From: Callorhinchus milii
Taxonomy: Eukaryota
DNA: 64,000 bases
Assembly: GCF_018977255.1 (NCBI RefSeq)
Contig: NW_024704742.1
Coordinates: forward strand, 124,560,001 to 124,624,000
Direction of reading: 5' to 3'
Position numbers and translations under genes: made by a program. Position 1 is the stretch's first letter, and each line of letters begins with the position of its first letter. Below the pieces are notes generated by a model, which ran no database searches, had not been told where the DNA came from, and was given only the letters and a program-made list of their open reading frames with translations. Positions 42,901 to 54,900 of this stretch are shown here, piece by piece.

Positions 42901-45900
42901 AAGTTCATTTTATAAGTGTGTATATTATACAGTATTGGGCACTTGCTGTATTAAAATGAAACCAGCTCAATGACTTGGAGTAATTTATATGCTAGCAATT
43001 GTTATCTTTATTTTATTTTCTAGGGCAAATGCTTGATAGTCTTAAAATGATCTATTCCTAGAAACATTGTGACACCAATGAGGGTCTATTTAACAGGATT
43101 ATTGTGGTACTAGGGGCAATAATGTTAATTTTTGTTGTACTTCATCAGAACACTCAATTTCCAGCCTCCAACTTTGAATACTTAATAACATAAAAATGAG
43201 GAAACATCTTTCACCCCTATTCAACTCACTCCATTGTCCAGATATTGTTTGGGACTAACCTCAGCTGGAGATAGAACCAATTTAATTTTACTATTGAAGA
43301 GAACTTAAATATTTGAAAGAAAGGTTTGTATTTTGCAACGGCACAGCTGTCAACACATTAATATTACTGGATTGCTTCTCAGCAACAAAGCAGTACACCA
43401 GAAAGCAGTTCAACTTATTAGAGTTTGATGGTTAACTGTTATTCAACTTCAACTTACTTTTATGGCAAGTCTGTGATAAAGCGCATGACAACATGTATGA
43501 CACCAGCACTTCAGAAACAGTTTTTTCAAATTACGCAACTTATAAGTTACAAACTCATTTTGTCAAAAGGAAGGATAACAAACCGTTTCGACTAAAAAGG
43601 ATATTGATGTGTCATTGCACGAACTGTAATTTTCCTCACTGGATGAGTGTGAGCAAACAAAAAGAGAGACTTGCTGGTGTTGAAGCGAAACAAATACTGG
43701 GCACTAAATCTTGTGGATATCACACAGTAGGTCTGAAAAACAATGTATAATATTAGAGGAAACATCATCAGTTACCTAGCAAGTTAGCATTAGATATAGG
43801 AGAGTAGATGGCAGGCTGGCCGTGGGTTACAAGTTAGGAATTCAAGTGAATGTTACAGTAAGCTGTTTACAGAACACCAAATGATTGAATTACTTTTTTC
43901 AATTCACGACCAGACATTTTGAACACTGTAAAATAAACACCATTGTTTTAATAAAACTGTCATGCAGCAAGTGTTTAAATATGTTGGAGTGATGGACACA
44001 ATTGAAAGATAATTACGTTGGAATTTAAGGTTTATGGCAATGACATAGTATTACAGCTCTTCGGTTTCTGTGCCACAATATATTAGCAGTCACTTTGCCT
44101 ATGAATTCCTGAGGAAATGTGTTGCAACACATATTATGAAATTTAGGCATTTTACTCAAATTGAAATGGCTGAATTTATTTTGATTTTTTTTCTATTGTC
44201 ACCTTTCACACAATGTGTACTGAACCATCTCCGCACGCACATACAACTGAATCCAGCTTCCCTCTTCACATGGCTTATTGCTGCTGAGAATGAAGTGGCT
44301 TTGCACCTGGTAGTATAATTGCAGCATAAAGAGTTATGATAATTTCAAAAGTTCTTTGGTGGTTCATTTGATCAAATTAGGTGGTTTCTTTCTGCTTTTC
44401 ATGCAGTTACAATGTGGCTACATATATTGCAGGACACCCTTAGGAGGGGATGTCCTGATAGTTTAATTGGAAACCTTATATGTCATTAATTTGATAGGCG
44501 TCCACTGATAGGTAGCAATCTCATCTCTGGATCATGAAGCTTGTGGACTGAAGCCCCACATTGAGACTGGGACTTATAGGTTCAACTGACACCTTAGTGC
44601 CCAGCGTTGAAGGTGTCATCCTTTAGACAACATGGTAAACTGAGGACTATTTGCCTGCATTCATTTGGACAGTAAAGAAGCTATGCGTTGACACTACTGA
44701 AACACAGAAGAGAATTTCCCCTGATATCCTGTCCAAGTTTCCTTACTCCTCATGTCTCTCTTTACCTAACAGCAAGTAGGAACCCAGTTGTTAGTGATTC
44801 GCAGATCGCTTTCCGGGGTAATAATCCCGAAAAGAAAATGCCGTCACTCAATCCACGACTGTTTGTGGGACATTGCTGTGCACAATTGGCTGTCATGTTT
44901 CACCCACAAATTACACAATCCACCCACTTTACAATATATCCTGTGAAGCACTTTGATACGTCTCAACAACATGACAAGGCGCTAAATCAAATGCAAAGAT
45001 TATTATTATAAAGAAAAGTGAGCCTATCACCCCCATACCCCAGTGGATTAAATTCAATTATTCTCATTTTAAATGTCTGGATGGTGTCAATCCATCCTAT
45101 CTCTCAGACCTCCTGCAACTCTACTGTCCTGGCTGTCCTCTCTGATCAATGAACACCTTCGTATCCTCTGCCTAATCTACCCCACCATGGATGGTTGAGC
45201 ATTCAAGAAATTTGCTCCCACTCTCTGGAATTCTACCTTCATCCTGCCTTTCCTTCTTCACCTTCAAAACCTGCCTTAAGATCTACCTTTTCAATTACAC
45301 TTTCAGCTTCCTCCTCCATCCCTACAAATTCACATTCCCAGCTATATAAATATGTTTTAATTGTAAAACATCTCAAAGTACGTCACAGATAATTGCTGTA
45401 AAGTGAGGTGACTAGGTATTTGTAGGTGAATGCAACAGCTAATTTGTACACAGCATGAAGTGAATAACCAATATATCTGAGGGAATATTGGCCCCTTTTT
45501 TCAAATAGTATTGTGGGATCTTTTACATCTACCTGAATAGGCAGATAGGACCATCTAATTTGAAAAATGACACCTCCAATATTGCAGCACTCCTCCAGCA
45601 CTGCACTTGAGTACCACTGTACACTTTGAAAGTCGATCTCACAAGGTTTCCCACATTAATGTTGAAAGAGACTGGCTCACATAGCTGCCATGCTCAGGGC
45701 ATCAGGGGAGATGTAGGCCAATTGCAAGCCATTATGGGCGTCCACATTTTGCTCACACAGCCCAGCTGCTTCTCATGCTCACAGATAAGGTTTTTTTCTG
45801 TTGTGTAGATCTTCGGACTTATCGAAATCCAAAAGTAGATTCTCTGCCTACAAAGGTTTGAACTGACAACATTCTGATACAGAAGTGAGAGTGCTTGTAA

Positions 45901-48900
45901 CTGAGCGAGATGACATCTGGCTATATACCAATGAACCAGGGCAGAAGATAGCCGGTTTCTTTCTTTTAAGATATCTTAATTATATATCCCCTGTTCAGTT
46001 GCAGGATTAACATCGCCTTGTCTTCATCGGATTCCTGGTTGTAAGGGATCTGTCTCTGGAGCACAGGTTCAGGTTTGTGAAACTCAAGTTTGGGGGAGAA
46101 ACCAGGAAGTATTTCTTTACATGTAGGGCACAAAACAACTGGCAAGATTACCAGAAAGAGTGATTGATGTCAAGACCTGGGGTCATTTAAGGTACATACT
46201 CCATGCACCTGATATTAATCCCTCAAGAAAAAAAACAATATTAAAGTTGGTCACTTCAATCCACGACTGTGTGTGGGACACTGCTGTGGCAATTGGCTGC
46301 TGTGTTTTGCCCACAAACATACAGTCAATTCACTTTATATATTCTGTGAAGCGCTTTGAGACGTCCAGAAGATGTGAAAAGCACTATATCAAAAGCAAGG
46401 ATTATTATTATTATATTATTATTACTTCAATGTTGTTATGGAAACATGATAGCATTGGTATTTTGGAAAATTAAGTCAAATGTATCAAAGCAGTTGCTTC
46501 ATCCAAGCTTCTCATGTGAGCCTCTGATACTTGTTTTGTGTACAATGGTTGCATGTGGAGTTCAGAAACTATGAGTCCAACTGGATCACATACTTTGCTG
46601 TGCTTGTTTCCCAGTTCAGAGCATACCACATTTCTCAGTCCAACATGTTGAACTGGGTTTATATTTTTGTCTATAATGATTATTGCTGGTCTGATTGAAC
46701 CATTATGTGAGCTAATCTATACACTGATGGGTTTGTTTAAAGTTTTATTTTCAGTGCCTATTCTGGAGGAAGAAATTTCTCCTGCGTCTAGACTGACAAT
46801 GTTTTCTTAGCATCTTAATGAGTAAAAAAAATGGCAAATTGTTAAATTCAGTCTTAAATTTGAAGCCGTTTTTCTGAAGGTTTTTTTCAGAACTAGGGAA
46901 AATTGGTTCAAAATTCAGATTGAATTTAAGAGTTTACCAAATTCTGCATGCCCTGAAGTGCTAAGGAAATAGTGAAAGCCTATGGTCAGCTAAAATATCT
47001 GCCTTCCGTTCTCCCCAAGATTCCAAAAGTTCAATTTTCTTCTACCATTGACATGAAGCTGCTGCAAATTTAAGGTTTACTGAGGTGTTCAAACCAATGG
47101 GCTGTTATTCAAAGTCTAACATCATAATCTTGCCCACCAACCCCTCTATATCTCCACCCATCCATTCAGGGCTTATTACTCCTCGTGTCATGCAAGGAAC
47201 TCTAGATAAGATGTGCCAGTCAAAACACTCACAGGATTTCCAATCTGTTGTTACTTATATATATAGGATTTCTTAGTGTCTTGATTTCAATTAATGCAAC
47301 TTGAGAAGTTCATGCCTTATTACGTCATCGAGACATCTTAAAGTGCTTCACAGGATTTTACTGTGAGGTGTAATGACTGTGTATTTATAGGCAAACATGA
47401 CAGGCAATGTTGAACACAGTAATTTGTCACAAACAGCCATGTTTGTCAAATTTTATTTGGGAGAAATAGTGGGAGAAACACCCTACTCATTTTTAAATAT
47501 TGCTCAGTAGTTGTGGGATCTTTAACATCCATGTGAACAAGCATAGAGGACCTCATTCAAAACATCTCATTCAAAAGGCGGCACCTCTGACAATGCACTG
47601 AAGTGTTAGCCTGGACTGTTAGTTCAAAATCCTGATGTTGTGCTTGATCCCATAACCTTCCCACTCAAAGGTGAGAGGCTGATCTGGCTCATATGGTGTT
47701 AAATCCTAACACAGACACAATGGGCCAAAGGCCTGATTCTCTGTGTGTGTAACACTCTGTAATGCTTTCCTCCTTCACACTGTTCTATTGCTCTTGCATC
47801 AGTATTTTCTAAAATTGGGGAAGTTTCCATTAAATCTCAAATTATTCATGACTTTAAAAGATCTGGAAAGATCCGATATGACTATGTGCATGATATGTTA
47901 ATCTTACTCATCTCTGGCCAAGAACACTTCTGTCATTCATCTGCCATCACCTTGGATATTTCCAAAGCATAGTCAGGATTTTGTACTATGCACGTATTAT
48001 CATCCAATGGTTTTCCATCAAAGATATGTTTAAAGCTATCAAGTTTCCTCTTAAATAGCTCTATCTGTTCTGCTGTTGATTGTTCGTTCTCTGGCTAATT
48101 TTCTTTCAACTCAAGGGTAAATTAGCGCAAAATACTAAATAAAGCTCTGGGTCTGGAAAATTTATTATAAGACATCAAGAAAGATTAGCTTTTATGCAGC
48201 ATAACATAGTTATAATTATCATTGAATATATTTTCAATATTCACGTATTAATTCAGATTATAGCAAGTTTGTGGAAAGTTACAGATATTTACATTTTTCA
48301 AAAGCCAGTTTAACCAATGCAAAGATATCTTGAAATAATATGTAAGTATCAAACTCTGCATGTTGATTCAAGTTGCAGTATTAAATTTAGTGGAAATTTA
48401 CAGTGGTAAGTTATGAATCGTATGTCATAATTAGTGACATTCAGACAGCAGCACAAGCAACAAGTAACTGCAAGGGGTTGGATAAAGTACTTTTATTTAT
48501 TCTTTTGTTCATGTTGCCTTTCTGTAATAATCCTGCCCACTGCCTGACGCATACCTTCTCAAAGCTTAAGTAAGATATACAATGCTGCTTATATAAGCAT
48601 CATATACAAGCGCTCCAGGACACTGTCCCACCGTGAAGGGTGCTATATAAATGAAAGTTGTTGTTGTTATAAATGTGGTCATTCCCTTATGGTTATTTGT
48701 GGAACATTGCTGTGCACAGATTGTTTACCTATTACACTACACAGTCTTTGCAGGAAATGCTGTAAAGTACTTTGAGACGTTTCGACGATGTGTTAAGACA
48801 TATCAAATGCAAGGATTGTTACACGCTTAAGGAAGTTGCACTGATCAGAATAAATTTGAAGCATTTCAACATTTTTTAAATGAGATAGCATGAACCATGA

Positions 48901-51900
48901 TAAAAGAATGAAAATAATAATAATAATCCTTGCATTTGATATAGTGCCTTATCACGTCTTCTAGACGTCTCAAAGCGCTTCACAGAATACATTGTAAAGT
49001 GAATTGACTGTATATTTGTGGGAGAAACATGGCTGCCAATTGCACACAGAAGTGCCTCACAAACAGTCGTGGATTGAAGTGACCAATTTATTATTGTTTT
49101 TTTCTTCTGGAGGGATTATTATCAGGCATATGGAGTATGGAAACTTGCCCAAGGTTTCGCCCTGCTGGAAAATGAACCCAAGTGTCTTGCTTGCGAGGCG
49201 AGTGCTCTGACCACAGAGCTACAGGACTCCACAAGAAGGCACTATTATTATTGCTAGATTGTGGTCAAAACTTTTCATTGATGTTTTTATACATTGAACA
49301 CAAATTATATCTGTAAAGGGATACTTCATTCAGGTCACTGATTGTGTCTCCACAATTTTTTTGAAAACGTACATCGAATAATTTACATTGTACAAAAGTT
49401 GCACCTGCTCTCTCACAAACAGTTGCAGAGGTCATGAGTTGGGTCCCATGTACTGTACATTATGACAGATTGTTCTTAGTTTTCCAGGAACTAAGCCTGC
49501 TTTGAAACTTCCCGACAGCTTCTTTCAACATCATGCTGGAATCATGCTTCAAAGACTTCAATGCCCTTTTGTTCAATTTCTTCTTTTGCGTGTTTATTTC
49601 CAATTTCTATATTTATCAACTGTCTGACAAGGGTTCCAACATAATAATATGGTTCAGCCAATATATACTGTAACTGGGATCAACATATTGGCATAAAATA
49701 TTGCCATTGTTTCAAGACGTAAAGCGCTCTGGGACGCTATCCCGCGTGAAGGTTCTACATAAATGCAAGTTGTTGTTGTATTTTTGAATCGATTAAACTG
49801 GCTTTTGAAACATGTTCCTTCTATCTAAGCAACAATCGCTTCCAGATTCTCTATTCTGACCAAAAGACATTATCTGGACATTCCCTCTGAACTGTCTGAA
49901 GGATGTTTTAACATTTATTTCCACGTTACATTGTTAGAGAGTGCAGTACCAATATGCCTGTCAAACACCAACATTAGAACAGACTTTTAATAAAAGCCAC
50001 AGTCCATGAGCAAAACAATAATAATAATCCTTGCATTTGATATAGAGCGTTATTATGTTGTCCAGACTATTAAAACAAACTGCAAATGTAAATGTCCCCA
50101 ATTATGAAGTTCCCCCAGAACATTAACTTGCATTTTTTGCCTTCACATCCTGACTGAATTGCAATCCAAACGCTCAATTCCTTATGTTAGATTTAATAAT
50201 AATAATCCTTGCATTTCCAAACAATAATGGGTTTTGCCCACAAATATACAGTCAATTCACTTTACAGCATATTTTGAGACGTCTAGAAGAGGTGAAAAGC
50301 GCTAGATCGAATGCAAGGATTATTATTGACATTATTATTGCATTTGATTCGCAGCATTTGCAACTTTTTTGAAAAAAAAATAAAAACGTGGTATCTGTTT
50401 CCCATGCAAGGGGGAAAAAAAAGAATGCATGTACGGATAATAAACTTTACGATATATCAAATCGAAAAAAAAAAGTGTTTTTTTTTTGGTTTGCAACCCA
50501 ACCCATTGACTGCTTACAAAACCATTGCAACTACTCGGACTCGATAGTTTGTTGCACCGAATCAGCTGACTGCCAGCACCCTATGAGCCCCCTCCCTCCC
50601 TCTCTCTCTCCCTCCCTCCCTCCCTTTGCTGCAGTTCTTTGCAAAGTTCGTCGCCGGGTTTTAAGGGATGGGAGTTGTAGTGACGCACTAGTTAAATGAC
50701 GGCCGAGGTACAGTACTTTTTATTGGTAATATTGAGGGCATTTAAGCATTGCACTGAGACACGGCGGGCGGGGAGCGCTGCACGGCCGCTGTGCAGGGAG
50801 CAGTGGAACCCTGTGCTGGCTCCGGGCTCCGGGCGGGTGATTGACACATCAGCACCTGGTGCTCGCGCCCTCCCCCCCCACCGACCTCAGCTGTCAATCA
50901 GCGCCTCCCGCCCCGCCCCCCCGCAGCTGTCAATCAGCGCCTCCCGCCTCGCCCCCCCGCAGCTGTCAATCAGCGCCTCCCGCCCCGCCCCCCCCGCAGC
51001 TGTCAATCAGCGCCTCCCGCCCCGCCCCCCCGCAGCTGTCAATCACCTGGTGGGTACAGCTCCAGCTCCATTTAATAATAATAATAATAATCCTTAATAA
51101 AATTATCCTTAATAATAATAATAATAATTTGTGCCTCTCTGCAGCTCAGAAAGCGCAGAGCTCACACCCGGGGAGTTTGAATTCACCCCGTTTTATTCTG
51201 ACTCTCCAATGCAGGGCGGGTGGGGGGGGTGGCGGGGGGGTCCCGGCTGCATTGTCGGAGGTGCCGTCCTTTGGGTGAGACGTTAAAACGAGGGTGAGCG
51301 TTAAAGATTCCCATGGCACTATTCGACAAGGGAAAGGAGCGTCTCCCAGTCTCAGGACCGACAATCCCCTCCCGGAAAGTTAACCATTCACCGCATTTGC
51401 CGACAAATAACGTGAGAGTCATACTTTGCCTACAAATACTTGTGAAGAGCTTTGAGACACCTTGGTGAGGTGAAGAGGCACCATATGAAATACAAGGTTT
51501 ATTATTACCACTTTGACTGTGCTTTTGACCACCTATTTCTATTCCCCCTCCCCGCCCACCCCCACACATACAAAAAAAAAATTCAGCCCTCCTCAGCCTT
51601 TTTTAGAGCATGTGAGACGTTCTCCCAACATGAAAGACTCCATATAAGTTTAAATTGTATTTTTGCAAGGACTTACAGAAGGGATAGATAATGGAAAGCA
51701 GGTCGAAGAGGTATATTTTGAGATGTGTGGTGGGAGCTTGTCAGAGGGATTCCTGTAATTGGAGACCTGCGTTCTCCGGGATTTGGTGACCAGGGTACGT
51801 TCCTTCTTGGGGAGAGAGTGTGCATTTCATAATGAACAAATGGAAACCCTACCTAAAGTTGGACCCTGTCAAATGGTGCTTCGGTATAATGCTTTGGTCC

Positions 51901-54900
51901 ATTTATAATGTGACTGTACAGTGGCCCCACATTATACCAGAATTGTAGTGCAGTTGTGACCTGGGAATTCTGACCAGTAGCCATTTTTACATCACTACCC
52001 ATTATAATGTAATTATCACTCCAAACCACTGAGATATATGGAATTATCGTTAGCTTGTCTCAAAGATTCTTAAGCTTGTGATGGGTTTGTTGAACACCTG
52101 GCTGAACAAGGAAGAAAATATATTGGTGCTTCCACTTAGAATCGTGGTGGGCACCAAACTCAGAAAGTTTACTATCACAGCATAATAAACTTTAGATAAC
52201 TTACTGCTTTGTGTGCAAACACTATGTGTGTTAGACCTTTAAATTTAAACACATTGAAGTTGTTTTTGTTGTCGTTTCCTCTCTTACAACGGTATTGTCG
52301 TTCTCATTTGCAGAGTATGTTTTGGCTCCAAAATTACTTGTTGTTCTGAGTGACTTATTCTTTCCTATGGAAACTTCTTCCTTAGCTTTGAAGCTGGTTG
52401 TCTGTAAATTATTTGAAGAACTACAAAAAGGTGGCTTTGACCTTTTTTTGATTCCTAACCTCAGGACTCCTATGCTGCAAAAGCTGGATGTTGAGTATCT
52501 GTTGAATTGAGGGTCAGCCTTCGTGGAATGGTAATAAGTCAGCAAAAAAGAGACAGGTAGAGGAAAGGAGGAGAAGAAAGAAAGGAAAAAAACAGTAACA
52601 AAGTACTGTAGATTGTCACTGAGTAACCATAGTGACAGATCATTACTGTTATCCGTTCTTCATTGAGATGCTTTCATACATCAGCACACAGAAACGCTTA
52701 ATAATAATAATCCTTGCATTTGATATAGCGCTTTTCACAACTTCTAGATGTCTCAAAGCGCTTCACAGAATAGATTGTAAAGTGAATTGACTGTATATTT
52801 GTGGGCGAAATGTGGCAGCCAATTGCGCACAGCAATGTGCCACAAACAGTTGTGGATTGAAGTGACCAATTTATTATTTTTTTCTTGAGGGTCTATCATC
52901 AGGCGTGTGGAATAAGGAAACTTACCCAAGGTTTCACCCTGCCAGGAATCGAACCTAGGTCTCTCCAGCCCTGAGTGTGAGTTGGGATACTGCTGGAGTC
53001 TAACCAGCTAAAAACACATAGCTTGCCATTGATAGCACTGTCTGGCAAACTTTCCCTTCCTTATGAAACTACGTAGGGCTTTGGCTTGTAGGGTCAACAT
53101 TAACCGAGTGGAAGGATTCCCTGCCACCAGTGACTGGTCTTCTGTTCCACGTCCTGCTGATGAGCCAGAAGGTCTTGGATGTCATCAGCAGTGCCCTGTA
53201 ATACTGTGGAACCCCCTGGCTCAGGAACTGGACTACCGAGATGTCGATTCCGATATTCCGTTGCCAATCGTGTCACCTTGGAGCCAGTTCAGCTCCCCCA
53301 AGGAGTGCTTGTGTGGAATGTAAACACCAGTGAGGACCAGTTGGGCTGAATGACTTATTTCCTTGTAATATTACTCTGTGAAGTTCTATGTAAACTGTAT
53401 GTATACATTGTAATGAGACTAGCTCTCTCTTGGTCCCTTGATGATGCTACATAATAATTCTATCTTTTTATTTGGATTGCTTTTTGGTGTTTACCATACT
53501 GTAGCACTGTAGATGAGTGACAAGAATCTGGTTCATGATCGATAATAATTAACTATGGAATTAAGTCAAGGAGAAATAGTAAAAACATCCAGCTTGGTTG
53601 AGGCCAGGACACTAAACTCATTTAAAATAAGAGCTTGATGTGGTGATGGGAGGATGGCTAGGTAGGTATTCTAGAAGGATAAGATCAGATGGGCCTTCTA
53701 CAACCAAACTGCTCTTGTGAATGGCATTAAATTCAATTTCAATCAAAGGGATTCTTAGTACCTTCCAATAATATTTGTAAATTTTGCCACAAAATTGTGG
53801 TTTTGACAGTGAATATTGTACGTCAGTCTGGCTCAATTGTAGCACTTTCGCCTCCGAGTCAGAAGGTTGTGGGTTCAAGCCCCACATCAGGATTTGGAAC
53901 CCATATAGTTTAAGATGACGCTCCATTGCAGTGCTGGGGATGTGCTGCTGGAGGTTGTTGGAGGTCTAGTCTTTCCGATGTGGTGTTAAATCAAGGTCGC
54001 ATCTGCCTGTTCAGACGGATGATGAAGATCCCTATTAGAAAAGATAAGGGAGTTCCTCCTAGTGTCCTGTCCAACAATCTCCCAAATAAAAATTGGTCAC
54101 TCATTCTGTGGCTGTTTGTGTGACATTGCTGTGCGCAAATTGGCTGCAACTTTCACCCACAAAAACACAAACGGTCTTTATACACTTTATAGAATATCCT
54201 ATGATATCCTATAGCATTCTTCTGATGTGAAAGGCTATACTAAATGTAAGGTTTATTATTGACATAGCTGGTTCTGGATTTAAAACAGATGCTCTCTGTT
54301 AAATTGAGAGCATTTGATTATAAATTGACAGGCAGAAAATGATGTACAGTATTCCAAATGTGACCTCACTGGTGATGTATGTATACAAGCTTAGATTTAT
54401 TTCTTTCATCTCTTAGCCACATGTGTAACCTAGTACTGTATGTGATTTGCTTGGTTTTTCATTGACTGGAAACTATATTTGCACCAAAATCCTTTTCCTT
54501 CTACATCTCTGCTAGTGGATAACCATTCTTCCTTGTACTCACTCATTATTTTGTGCTGTCTAAATCAAAATATTTTCTTAAAGTACCGTCATGTTTTCTG
54601 CAAACTGTTGGTGTATCTTGCATTAATTCTGTTTTTTATTTTTTAAAACAGGTATCAGTGCTGTATTTTGCCAGGAGTGCTGAGTTGTCAGGAGTTCGTT
54701 CTGAAACACTTTCTGTGCCACAACAATTAACCTCTATGCAACTCTGGGAGAAAATAGTTAATAAACACCCAAGGTAGAAAACAAATGCCATATCCTTCAA
54801 TATGTTGAAGGATCCTACTTATCTTGACTGATTTATTCAATTTAAACTGCTAGAACATTTTACTGTCTAAGAACTGTTGTAAAATTAAGGAATTAAATAT

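Larger units (their letters stand above)
50580..51060. promoter_or_regulatory. CpG island / MOCS2 promoter and first-intron regulatory region
   Basis: Only strongly CpG/GC-rich non-TE stretch in an AT-rich window; surrounds MOCS2A ATG; multiple GGGCGG boxes. Confidence 0.85.

Noticed and set aside
47951..48094. 48-codon minus-strand stretch ...[19 protein letters not shown]... resembling the Nav N-terminal GKPLEEID motif, as an alternative channel exon
   Set aside because: Purine-rich acceptor, in-frame TAG immediately upstream and no ATG. The DNA (tatttaagaggaaacttgatag) resembles CR1 3'-end relics elsewhere in the window. Worth rechecking against RNA-seq.
50888..51045. Regular 36-bp repeats superficially like a CRISPR array
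   Set aside because: No unique spacers, eukaryotic context, no cas genes
50696..51278. Pro/Ser-rich ORFs of 133 and 145 aa
   Set aside because: Read-through of MOCS2 exon 1 into the GC-rich minisatellite; only MTAE is considered coding
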